Below are positions 42,001 through 53,762 of a stretch of DNA of 64,000 bases, piece after piece. Source of the stretch: Phallusia mammillata. Lineage: Eukaryota. Below the pieces are notes generated by a model that saw only the letters and a program-made list of their open reading frames with translations, had not been told where the DNA came from and searched no databases. A program made the translations under genes and the position numbers. Position 1 is the first letter of the stretch. Every line of letters begins with the position of its first letter. The DNA is taken from positions 10,850,001-10,914,000 of the forward strand of contig OZ281499.1 in the NCBI GenBank assembly GCA_965637545.1. The letters run 5' to 3'.

Positions 42001-42555
42001 AGAGCAATCTATTCATCTAAGGTAGAACGATTAAGTTTCTAAGCATTTTTTCCACGTAGGAACAATAGGCCAACAAAAGTATCTCATTTTGGGTGATATA
42101 TATATGTATATATATATATCTTTTGGCAAAAGTTGTGCAATTCTATTTGTATTTTTTTTTTAGTTTTATCAGAGAATTGTCGTTAATCAACAGATTTTAA
42201 TTATCTTGTTGCTCCCTTTTACTCAACGGTTGCATAACATTCAATTTTGTTTTTACATAGGCTATCGGAGAACCACCCCTTTTTCTGGCGTCTTCGGTGT
42301 TTTTCGCAATCAAAGACGCGATTCAATTTGCTCGGGAAGAATCGGGATTGCTCGGATGGTTTCGACTCGACTCCCCAGCAACTTCCGAATCAATCCGAAT
42401 GGCATATGGAGATTGTTTTACAAAACAGGTTTTTTGTTCATAGTCAACTTAAATTAAGTTGAACACTGACAAAACATTTTTTACTATTTTAGCATGAGCA
42501 ACACACTGACCCCAAAGTAGAGAAGGGCTTGAAATCTTGAAGCATTAGAGCATGA
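33085..42555 (+). pseudogene. XDH-like: XDH/AOX-family class A copy 4, pseudogene
   Basis: Collinear with A3 but with multiple lesions: +1 T at 33822-33825, -1 near 35940, TGG>TGA at 36682-36684, loss of the whole IPN...AFRGFG exon near 40175, -2 near 40420, +2 (gc) at 41519-41520, and TGG>TGA at 42538-42540. Confidence 0.9.
37960..39296 (+). mobile_element. Non-autonomous Helentron/HINE-like element in an A4 intron
   Basis: About 1.34 kb absent from the ~90-nt homologous A3 intron. Starts actagaaaggtggc, carries two ~290-bp internal tandem units (about 38620-38921 and 38935-39223), an A-rich simple stretch and a 3' hairpin gtcctct-N7-aggggac (39274-39294). No TIR or TSD seen. A second copy lies at 62806-64000. 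The superfamily assignment is inferred. Confidence 0.55.
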
Positions 42556-43410
42556 TCAAGCGAAAACATACCTCTTCAAAACCATTTGTGTCTGAAAGAT
42601 GTAATTTTTTACCTCATACTTGTAATTGTTGCTGTAATTATTGAAACTTGACGGTTCATTGTAATTTTATTGAAGTAATGGTATAGCAACCATTTCCATG
42701 CTTGAAAATTATTTTCTTTTAAATACAGCATTGTAATTAACTCAAAATATCGCTGACACCAACCAACCATGTATTATAGAACGGCCTATAGTATTTATGT
42801 AGTGTAAAGCACGATGATATTACCTGGATAAAAAAGGACTAGCACAAAGTTTAAATTTATCAGGACATCAAATAGTATCCTTTTGTACTTTGCTTTAGGA
42901 TATTGTGAATATGCATGTTTGAACGCCCCTTAACAAGATTTAAATGTTATTTATTTATTGTTGTCACTGTCAAATACTCGAGGAAAGTCATTTTTTTGTA
43001 ATGTTTTGCGTGCCACTCAGTTATGGTAGTCGGTGCATTTAGGTGTGAGAATAAAAATTTGGGCATCTCTAGATATAAGTTACAGCTGAGAACCATTTGT
43101 GTGAGCCTCGACAATACAAAGTTTGAAATTTTGATGTTTTTAGTTTTTAGTCATAGTTTTCAAAATGTTAAGGAGGATTAATCAACATCAGTTTTTGTCC
43201 TGCATAGCTGCGTAACATAGCTTTTAGCATATGTTTGCCTCGAACAAAAGCATTTGTTTTTGAAATATACAGTTAACTTAGCTTGACTTTACAACCTAAA
43301 TAGACATAATGTGGTTTATTAATCATAACCTTACAGTAGTTGCAGTATATATGGCTTACACCACATCTACGGTATAGTCTTTCAAACTATTTAGTTTATT
43401 TTATCTACAG

Positions 43411-43829
43411 CAGTGGTTCCCAACCTTTTTGTAGTCAGGGACCCCTTTTATAAATTTTATCGGTCCTTGGACCCCCAACGTAATTTAGTCTTTTTTCGTT
43501 CCCTTCATTTTATGTTATTATACGTTTTTAATCAACGTTTACAGTCCTCTAATCTTAATAAAGTTCTGTACTGTAGCAGTCAATGCACTAAAAGAGATAA
43601 ATTTTCTAGTGTACATTACTTAAAACAAACTAAGAATTCTATTGTTAATGTGTGTTGTGATGTCACAATGGAGGTAACAATCACAAGTTTTCTATAAATG
43701 ATAGGAAAAACGGTTTGGAAACTCAAAAATATTGTACTGCTGTTGATGCAAATATTTGCCTCCACGGACCCCCTGAAACCGTCTCACGGACCCCTTGGGG
43801 GTCCGCAAACCCCAGGTTGGGAACCACTG
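43411..43829. mobile_element. hAT-type MITE
   Basis: TIR cagtggttcccaacct / aggttgggaaccactg and a perfect 8-bp TSD atctacag. Confidence 0.92.
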
Positions 43830-44182
43830 ATCTACAGTTATTTACGCACAAAGTAGGTCTGCGGTTATTGTTTTTTTCGCAACCTTAGATTAAATACTTT
43901 GTGAACTATTTAGGCAGCAAAGCAAAAGGTTTTGCATGGCTTTTGCAAAGATGTGAAAATGGTAGTGTATGACAAAAATGACTGGCATAGTACGCATACA
44001 TAGGTATTGACAAACGCGGTTTTATAACATGCGTACGCTTGTCAGACAACGATTTGGAGGTGGTATTTAAAGTTAATAATTAAGTTCGATGCCCAGAAAT
44101 GTTGTGTGCCGTATAACATGACGTTAAGTACTTTTGCCACAGTGAACGTTTCAACCACTAAATTTTGATATTGGTGGGGAAA

Positions 44183-47100
44183 ATGGTGATTCTTAACTGC
44201 AACGGCGATATAGATAGCGACAGAACACAATGGACGAAGAAAAGCACTGATGTGTTGGAATTTTATGTTAATGGCGAAAAGGTTCTATTGAATTGTTTTC
44301 TTTTTTGGCTCTTTCTGTGCTGTTGTATTGGTTGAATGTAAATGTTTTTTTAATGTTGTTTGCATGACAGTCCAAAAAAGTGCGCGAATCCGTACATTGC
44401 ATTATTTATCGCTGCTTACTGCATTACAGGTTGTGGAACATCATGCAGACCCAGAAACTACGCTTTTAACCTATCTCAGGCGTGAATGTAAGTTTACATC
44501 AGAAGTTTGAAGTTAACACAAATTACAAAATATTGTATTTATTGTTGAGAACATTTTAGCCACTACAATATAGTGTAACTGTGCCTCGTACGGTATCAAT
44601 AAATTGTAAAATTCTAACTGGTTTCACAAATGAATGAAATTCGCAGTTCGTTATTACAGTGCGTCTTACTGGATCAAAGTTAGGATGTGGGGAAGGAGGA
44701 TGTGGAGCTTGCACTGTTATGATCTCAAAGTGGGATCACATCAACAGCAAAATTGTGTAGGTATATATTATATGAGACCGTATGCTACACTAAATGAAGA
44801 TTCGTTTGTAACCTTCTAGACATTACTCGGCAAACGCGTGTTTAGCTCCAGTGGTTTCAGTGCATGGATGTGCTGTTACTACAGTAGAGGGAATTGGCAG
44901 CACCAAGACCAAGTTGCATGCAGTGCAGGTGAAACATTTCCTGGTAGAGTTAAAACAATCGTTGTAGCGCATGTTGATCAATGCTTATTGATTTTCTATA
45001 GGAGCGACTTTCTAAATTTCACGGATCTCAATGCGGTTTTTGCACCCCCGGCATTGTGATGTCAATGTATGCATTGTTACGTAATAAATCAGTGCCAAGT
45101 GCTGAAAATATCGAAGGATGTTTGCAAGGAAATCTATGCCGGTGCACCGGATACAGACCGATTTTAAGTGGTAAGTCTTGCAGTACTGTTGTCCGTTTTG
45201 AGTTGCACAAACAACCAAAAACATTTGGCCAAACGGCGAACATTTCCTAAAATTAATGCAAATTTATGTGTCCCGTTTTTGCTATTATTACAGCTTTCAG
45301 TACTTTTTCGGATTCTAGTTCCGGTTGTCCAATGGGGGATAAATGCTGCAAACAGAGTGGAGGTATTTCAACGGTCTTACTTACTTACATGCTTCACTAT
45401 TTTATTACGTACTCTTTGTGTAACAGAATACTGGGACACTACATAGCTGTTGTATGATTACTGGTGTATTTTTTACTTCACGTATAATGTAGAACCTACA
45501 AAAAAACTAGTATTAAAACTTTATTGGATAACAAAGCGACACTGAGTTTAACATCACGCATGTTGTCTTTAGTAATAAAAGCTAAAGATGATCCCCACTC
45601 GGTCTTGAACGTCTGCTTCGGAAAATACGATCCGTCACAAGAAATAATATTTCCCCCTCAACTTATGGTTGGTATCTTTTGTATTTCATCATTTTTTTAT
45701 GCAATAGAACAAACAATATTATTGTTCCACTAAAAACATTATCTCCTTTAACGGCGAAAACCGTGCCCAAACAGTTAGTTTTAATTTACTACGGATACGG
45801 ATAATATAGTTGCTTGCAGCAATACGTAACCATTAAGGAGAAATACCGTTGTTGGTAATGGAAACAAATTGTTATAATGTATCATATATGACAAAAAATG
45901 CATTGACAATTGCTTTGAAGATCAAAAGCAGATCTGAACAGCATCAAACTCTAAAGTTCGTCGGGGAACGGGTCACGTGGTTTCGTCCTACGTCACTAGA
46001 TCAGCTGATTGAACTGAAGTTAATTTACCCAGAAGCTCAGTTGGTAAATGGAAACACTGAGATCGGGGTTGAGTGCAACGTGAAAGGACGAATGTTTCCT
46101 GTTATCATTTCTCCTACTTGTCTCAAGGAACTTGTTACAATATCAAACACTGATAAAGGTCAGGGGTTGGCGTGAGTTTATAAAAGTTCGAATTAAAACT
46201 GCACATATACCCCCATAATACGTTACAACTCCAGCAAGATTTAAACGTATATATTTTATCAGGTTTGATTATCGGGTCAGCGTGCACTTTGACAAGCATC
46301 AAGGAGCAATTTCAGGATATCATACAAACCACTGAAACGTTTCGCACACAATGGATGCGCGCGTTTCTCGATATACTTCATTGGTTTGCTGGAGATCAAA
46401 TCCGAAATGTTGCGGTAAGTTCTTAAGTTATTTTTACTCAACACAATGCGAAATTTATAAACATTGTTCCACAGGCGATTGGAGGCAACATAATGACAGC
46501 AAGTCCCATCTCTGATCTCAATCCAATCCTCATGGCAAACGAAAGTATTGCTACATTCAGATTACATTCTCGTGCTAAAGATCGACAGGTTTTGATGGAT
46601 CAAAGTTTCTTCCCCAAATACAGGACGACATGTGCAGAGAAGGGCGAAGTTCTCATTTATGTTTATGTTCCATTTAATACAAAGGTAAAACCGAGTTGTG
46701 CAACTTAAAAGTTTATGCTGTTTTGGTTATACAATGCTGCCAAGTAGGACGAGTACATGAAAGCTTACAAGCAATCGAAACGTCGAGAAGACGATATTGC
46801 TATCGTGAATGCAGCCATGCGTGTCGTCTTTCATCCAGGAACTTGCAAAGTGCTCAAATTTGTTGCCGCATTTGGTGGAATGGCTGCTACGTCAGTTATG
46901 CCAGAAAAGACCATTCAAAATATGATTGGAAGGTGAAGCAACAACATAATAATTTTGAACATCTGATGACATTTGCAACTTCTAATTAACAGAGAGTGGA
47001 CGGAAGATTTGGTCCAAAACTACATGCAATGGATAAGGGAGGACTTTCCACTGAGTCTGGATGCTCCCGGAGGAATGGTGGAATACAGGGAAGCTCTTGC

Positions 47101-50100
47101 AGCAAGCTTTTTCTTCAAGTTCTTCCTACACGTAAAGAATTGTTTGATCGAACAAGGAATAATCGAGGTAACTTATTGTCTGAATATGTCATGTAAGATC
47201 ATAACATTCGTTTCGATGTCGAAAGGAAAATATCAAACCAGAAGAAATAAGTGCTATGGATGACTTTTTACAACACTACCAGTTTGGAACACAGACCTGG
47301 CAAGGGGTAAATATTAACCATTTTTTCGTACTTTTAGTTCGAGAGTAATATTTTTACTGAATATTAGACTCACTCGAATCAATCATTAGAAGATCTAGTT
47401 GGGCGACCAGTGAAACATGTATCTGGAGAAAAACACACCACTGGCGAAGCTGTTTTCATAGATGACATGCCAGTGTATAAAGGTAAGTAACATTATAATG
47501 CGAAATGTATACCGATGCAATTCGGTAAGTAGATTTTGGTGAGTAACCAAGTACATTTTTCTTCATCAAAATCAGCCCCAACATTACAAATTATGGAAAA
47601 TATTACTTGATGTCACAACAGCCTAAAATTTTACGTAAAATGAAAACACACGCAGTTTCGGCCTAAGCCTTGTCCTTGCATCATGTCAATTGTTAAGGGT
47701 TTGGGAATGTCAAAAAAATTGAAATAAATAAAAAAATACCCTGAGCAAAGTATCGACTATCAATATATTAAATAAAAACTTTTGATTTCCAGATGAGCTT
47801 TATCTATGTTTTGTAACGAGTACTCGAGCGCACGCCTACGTACGCAACGTTGACATCAGTAGAGCTATGACATCACCGGGTTTTGTGATGTACATCGATC
47901 ACCGTGACGTGCCGGGTTCGAACAATGTTAAAGTGATTGATGATGACGATCGAGTTTTTGCAGTGGACAAGGTGAAACTGAAGTTGGCAAAAAGATTACA
48001 CATTTAGAATGATAAATATCAGTAAGGCGACTCGGCTTTAGGCTATTTCACGAAAACCATTCTATGTGGTTTACTTGGAACTGTTTATTTAACCATTTTT
48101 AGAAAAAAAATTTGGTTCACTTATGTCTGTTTATCAAACCAAGCAAATACATTTACATGGTAAAATGTTTTAATTTTTATGGTTACTGTGTACTTTCACT
48201 AAAATAAACTTATGCTTATTGATTCAAATTTATGAAGATATTTAGTCATTCAACCGTATATCGCCTTTACAAAATTATCGGTACTGATGAGAAACAATAA
48301 TGAAACAATGACTCTGTATCCAAAGGCGTTATAGCAATATAAGATAGTAATATTTCTACTGCGCGGTCATCGCTAATACTCGCAAATGTTGCAGGTTACT
48401 TGTGTTGGACACACCATCGGTGCTATTATCGCTGACACTCAAGCACATGCGCAAAGAGCTGCTCAGTTGGTGCAAATTGAATACGAAGATATTTCACCTA
48501 TTATTGTCACGATTGAGGTAACTGAACACAAAAGCCAATATATGCAACTTCTCACCGGTGTAAGTTAAGGTTTAATCCTGAAATTTAAACTTATGTTTAA
48601 ATTTGAGCGGAAAAAGTTTTTTATGGTTTAACATGATCTTAAAAATATTAGGATGCGATTAAACAAAAATCTTTCTTGGATCCGAGCAAACAAATTATTC
48701 GTGGTGATCCCGACAAAGCAATGGAAGAATGCGATCACGTGATTGAAGGGGATGTCAGGTAAATTGACTGAAAATTTGTCAGCAGACGAATAAAAAACAC
48801 TTGAATCAATAAGCAGACTGTTAGACAAAGACTGAGGATTGTGAATGTGTCAAGATATTACTAAATTGTGTGTGTTTTTGCAGAACCGCTGGTCAGGAGC
48901 ACTTTTACATGGAAACGCAAGTGTGTCTTGCTGTTCCGAAACTAGAAGATGATGAAATGGAAATTTACTCTTCAAGTCAAGATCCAACTGCCTTGCAAAA
49001 TCAGGTTGGTTATTAAACAAATATTTTCATCCAGTTCCTACCTCAATTGATGTGTTTTTAGTCAGCTTTCAGCAATAACTTTCATTTGAATTAAATTTCC
49101 AAGTTACCTGCGGAAGGTTTTGTAACTTTCCTTAGGCAAACTTTCCTTAGGCAACCACTCCTTAATGGATTGGCACTCATCCACTTAACATTCTTGTAAT
49201 GTTTTCATCATATAACGCAACAGTTTGGCGTAATAAACGATAACTAGCATTTTTAGGTTGCAAGAACACTCGGTGTTCAGCGAAACAAGATTGTAAGCAG
49301 AACAAAAAGAATGGGAGGCGGATTCGGAGGCAAGGAAAGTCGATTTTGGTTGGTCAGTAATCCAGTGGCCTTAGCAGCACACAAGTAAATTGGCATTTTT
49401 TACCGATTTGTTTTTCATTAAAACTGTGACAAAATCTCGCAGAAAATCTACAACACACCAAACCCCAACTCTGTGTTAACCTTCTTGCATGATTGCTTTG
49501 TAGATGTCGTCGACCAGTCCGATGTATGCTTTCCCGGAGGGATGACATGATAATGACGGGAGGTCGACATCCATATTACGCCAAATACAAGGAAAGTAAC
49601 TACATGTGATGTTCGAGCAGGTGGCGTAAAAAAACAATATATTACCCTAAAGGCGAAATTTTGTTTGCGACAAATATTTGTCAGGTGTTGTACATTGCAA
49701 CTACATGGGAATCATCTGTGAATGCATTTATTTGCACAGGTTGGATTTATGAACGACGGAAAAGTGAAGGCTTTGAAGGCTGAGTTGTACAGCAATGCTG
49801 GTCACACTATCGACTATTCGATGGCAGTATTATCAGCGTCCACAATCCACATTGATAATTGTTACAGGTACACTTTTACATAACCAATATAAAGGTTTGG
49901 GTTGACATCCTTTGTTTAATATTTTGGCGCTACTTCATAGTATACCTAATCTATATGTTCGTGGGACCGCTTGCCGCACCAACATTGCATCCAGCACAGC
50001 TTTCAGGGGATTCGGCGGTCCGCAGTCGATGTTCATTACGGAATCTTGGATCACGAAAGTTGCTGAACATCTCGGGGTCATGCCAGAGAAGGTAAAATGG

Positions 50101-52528
50101 AGTGAAGCCGGTGTGACTTGCAGTTTTTAAACAGTTTACACCCAAATGGTATCTAGTTTGGTGCGGTTTATCAATTTACACGGTTAGATTTTTTTGCATT
50201 TAAGATTCGAGCGATAAACATGTACAAGGAAATGGGGGAATTTACACACTACGGTCAAATCCTCGATCCCTGTACAGCGAGACGATGTTGGGATGGCTGC
50301 ATCGAAAAATCAAATTTCCACAAAAGAAAAGAAGCGGTAGACTTTTACAACACAAAAAACAGGTGATATTGTCGACTGTGGTTTTAAGCCAAAGCTTTTT
50401 AACTTACCGATTCCAAATCACATTCACAACATTGTGATTGATAAACAATGTAATATAATTAGGAACACTATACACGGACTTGAAAAGTAATTTAATCATA
50501 AACATTACTGCCAAGGTAGTGGTGTATAAAGAATACATCGTTCAGACGTTTCAACCATCTCTGTTGTCATCATCAGTGTAGGTTGTCAATCAAGCTGTAG
50601 AACACGGTACTAAGGAAAATAAAGCACTAAGGAAAAAAAGGTAAAAGCCAGATGTGTAAAGTGACGTCACAGACGAGATTGTTGAAACGTCTGAACGATG
50701 TATTCTTTATACACCACTACCTTGGCAGTAATGTTTATGATTAAATGTAATATGAGCATAGAACTTTGTCTTTAGATGGAAGAAACGTGGAATATCCTGT
50801 GTTCCAACCAAATTTGCTATCGGATTCCCAGAGTTTCGCTGCCAGGCGGGGGCGCTCGTGAACGTTTTCACTGACGGTTCAGTTTCTTTAACGCACGGTG
50901 GGACCGAAATGGGCCAAGGATTGCACACAAAGATGATACAGGTTGGAATTTTTTTTATGGCACTTTGATCTTCAATTTTAGTTCTTTTCATGCCTGTTAC
51001 AAAAACGATTATTGTTTATTTTTAAATCAAGATCGCCGGTCGCTGCCTGAAGATTCCAGTTGATTTTATACACATCTCAGAAACAAGCACCAACACAGTT
51101 CCAAACACCATTGCAACAGTTGCCAGCATTAGTTCTGACATGAATGGAGGAGCTGTCAAGGTAATACTGGAAGTCGGCGTCTGTAAAATTCAATATTTTG
51201 CTTCAGAAATCTTAACATGAACGTTTATTGTAGGCAGCCTGTGACAAAATATCCAAACGACTTGCTCCATTAAGAAAACAACATCCAACTTTGAAATGGA
51301 AAGATTTGGTTTTGAAGGCATTTATGAATCGAATAAGCCTTTCTGCTACAGGATACTACAAGTAAAATTAACATGATGTTAACTAGGAAAGAGAAAAATT
51401 GGTTTCGCTGTGAAACTTGTAACATACATTGGCAAAATTTTTCCTTATCTCACAAATTACCCGACGACAATTATTGCAAAAATCACCTTGCTTTGCTTGA
51501 GGCTCTGTTCACAGGACAATTGATAAAACCTAAGTGACAAAAATATACAAACAAAGGTTTTGTTTTGTTTTGTTTATAAAAACGGTTATTTGCAGAGTTC
51601 CGAATATGCAGAACAAATGGGATTTAGCCAACGGTAAAATCGAAGGTCGAATAGCAAACTATTACACTTACGGTGCAGCTGTGTCCGAAGTCGAGGTGGA
51701 CTGCCTGACCGGTGATCACGTGGTGCTTCAAACTGATATTGTGATGGACGTCGGGAGAAGTCTTAACCCTGCTATCGATATTGGACAGGTCATCAGCTAG
51801 TTGCATTTTTTAATACAATAGCATTGCAATAAAACAAGGTTCAATTGAGCATTAGGTTTGATTTTTGCAGATTGAAGGTGGATTTGTTCAAGGTTACGGA
51901 ATGTTTACAATGGAGGAGCCCTTGCACACCCCTGGCGGTCATATTCTAACAGTTGGTCCGGGTGCTTACAAGATTCCCGGTTTCGGTGATTGCCCTCGCC
52001 AGTTTAATGTTCACTTGCTGCGTAATTCGGAGAACGACAAAGCTATTTATTCATCCAAGGTTCATAAACACATTTGCACATTTTATTTGAAACTCTTCTG
52101 ACATTGGCTTTTAAAGGGAATTGGGGAACCGCCGTTCTTTTTGTCCGCTTCCGTGCTTTTTGCTATTAAGTCGGCGATCGGAAGTGCACGAAATGATTCG
52201 GGGATATTTGGACCATTCCGAATGGACGCTCCAGCTACCGCTGAACGCATTCGAATCGCATGTGGAGACAAATTTGTTAAACAGGTAAACGTAGAACATC
52301 AAATAACATTAACTTTTGGTTTGGTCTACCGTGGTAAAAAAAATCGGACAAAAGATTTTTTCGGCTGTGTTAATCTGTTCATTTGTAGTGTTACTGTTTC
52401 AGTAAACCCGAATTCTTACTTTTGATAAATTATGAAAAATATGAACTTGTTTTGGGTGCATTCAGCATAAATATCATTCCGACGAAAATGAAGAAAAGAA
52501 ATTGACTCCTTGGTCGGTTACAGCTTGA
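44183..52528 (+). CDS. XDH-like: XDH/AOX-family molybdo-flavoenzyme, class B copy 5 (30 coding exons, apparently intact)
   Basis: ATG at 44183 ([33 protein letters not shown]). Thirty exons were traced, with Fe-S, FAD and Moco motifs as in B2, ending TPWSVTA* at 52526-52528. Requires the GA donor at 49592. Confidence 0.92.
49592..49739 (+). other. Putative non-canonical GA-AG intron in B5
   Basis: TAC AAG|gaaagtaac ... tttgcacag|GTT GGA TTT. The intron is 148 nt, so retention frameshifts. Class A genes have AAG|gtaagt at the same position. Confidence 0.78.
50457..50746. mobile_element. Penelope-like-derived insertion with a perfect 66-bp inverted repeat, in a B5 intron
   Basis: 50490-50555 and 50681-50746 are exact reverse complements. 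The flanking direct repeat is aatgtaatat (50447-50456 and 50744-50753). The minus strand carries CTGATGA..GAAACGTC. The insertion is absent from the homologous B2 intron (about 5850-5980). Confidence 0.6.
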
Positions 52529-53330
52529 ACATTATTGAGTCTTAAAGAGTGTGCAAATATTTTCAATACACGTCTTTTTCAATGCAGCAAATCAGAAAAT
52601 ATTTTTGTTTTAAGGCATTTACCCGCTCTCGCTATTCAACAATAATTAAAATCAGCGAATAGTTTTTGCCTGTAAATTTTGTATCATTAAATCCGTATTA
52701 GTTTTTTGTAATGTTATCATCACTAGCTCAATGATTTTTTTATGTTGTTGCTGGTTTCAAATCGTGTTTCAAAAACCCGATTTTGGTATTCAATTTATTA
52801 TGCTGCTATTTGCCTGTGGTTTTGCAAGCTTTGCGTATTAACCTGTTTTTAACGCTAACTTAAGCTTTTTGATATTTACTGCGTGTCAAATGCTAAAGCG
52901 AAATTTTAACGCTCAAGCATAAGGCTATATTGCAAAAGCAATTGTTTTTGTTTATTAGCTTACCCACAATTTTTAAATATTTGTTTGTAAATAAAATGCT
53001 GTACATGGCTATGTGTTGATTACTGGTCAATTCGGTACAAAGTCGAACAAAAATGTTTTAGTCAAAAAAGTCTTCAGGATAAAAAAAAGTGCGTCTGTCT
53101 TTTAGGAACTAAAAATTGACCGGCCGGACCGTAGTCTTGCTGTTCTGTTCAGAAAGTGGAGTAAAAGTACACAAAATGAAAAATCTAGTGTAATCTTGGG
53201 ACGCCAACATTTATCACCAAACCAGTTTTGAAGAAAATGTAACTTAGTTTCTTCACCTTGTTATTGATTTAAAGTTAGCATTTAACGTGCTAACTTTTAT
53301 TAACCGTATTTTCTTACGTGCCATTTCTGA

Positions 53331-53762
53331 GGGTGACACTAAAACGCTGACTGGGCGGGACGGGCGGGATGGGCGGGAGATGGAGGGGCGTCGTGAAAAC
53401 CGCAGAATATCGGGTTAAATTGCTGACGGTTAGTGCTATTAAGGTTGGGATAAGGTTTTATACTAGAAAATCATTAAAAATAATTCCCCTGGATACATTC
53501 CGCGACCGAGGGAAACATTCAGCGGCCGAGGGAGACTTCCCGCCCAAGCATTTTTTCTGAATGTCAGGAAACAGCTGAATAAGTTTTAGGCAGGAACATT
53601 TTTTGATTCATATACTATTACAAAATCTCAACCCAACCCTAATAGCACTAACTGTCAGCAATTTACCCGATATTTAGCGGTTTCCGCGACGTCCCGCCAC
53701 CCATCTCCCGCTCGTCCCGCCCGTCCCGCCCGTCCCGCCCATTCAGCGTTTTAGTGTCACCC
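53331..53762. mobile_element. Fold-back/long-TIR MITE-like element
   Basis: Ends gggtgacactaaaacgctga / tcagcgttttagtgtcaccc. Inverted similarity continues for roughly 150 bp, with gggcggga repeats. No TSD recognised. Confidence 0.75.

Larger units (their letters stand above)
29851..52800. repeat. Right arm of the large inverted segmental duplication
   Basis: Mirror image of the left arm: A4 then B5 on the + strand, with homologous introns and intergenic blocks and arm-specific indels and TE insertions. Confidence 0.85.

Noticed and set aside
36682-42540. Two TGG>TGA changes in A4 suggesting TGA=Trp recoding or selenocysteine
   Set aside because: TGA is the normal terminator of A1, B2, A3 and B5, and A4 also has frameshifts and an exon deletion. 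These are ordinary pseudogene mutations.
48283-48310. CTGATGA...GAAA motif in a B5 intron (similar partial hits near 12604 and 54214)
   Set aside because: No convincing stem II or stem I pairing; such matches are expected by chance in AT-rich DNA.
49596-49764. Canonical GT donor 4 nt into the intron as an alternative to the GA donor
   Set aside because: It is out of frame with the true acceptor. The only in-frame partner (AG at 49763-49764) lacks a pyrimidine tract and would delete the conserved VGFMNDGKV.
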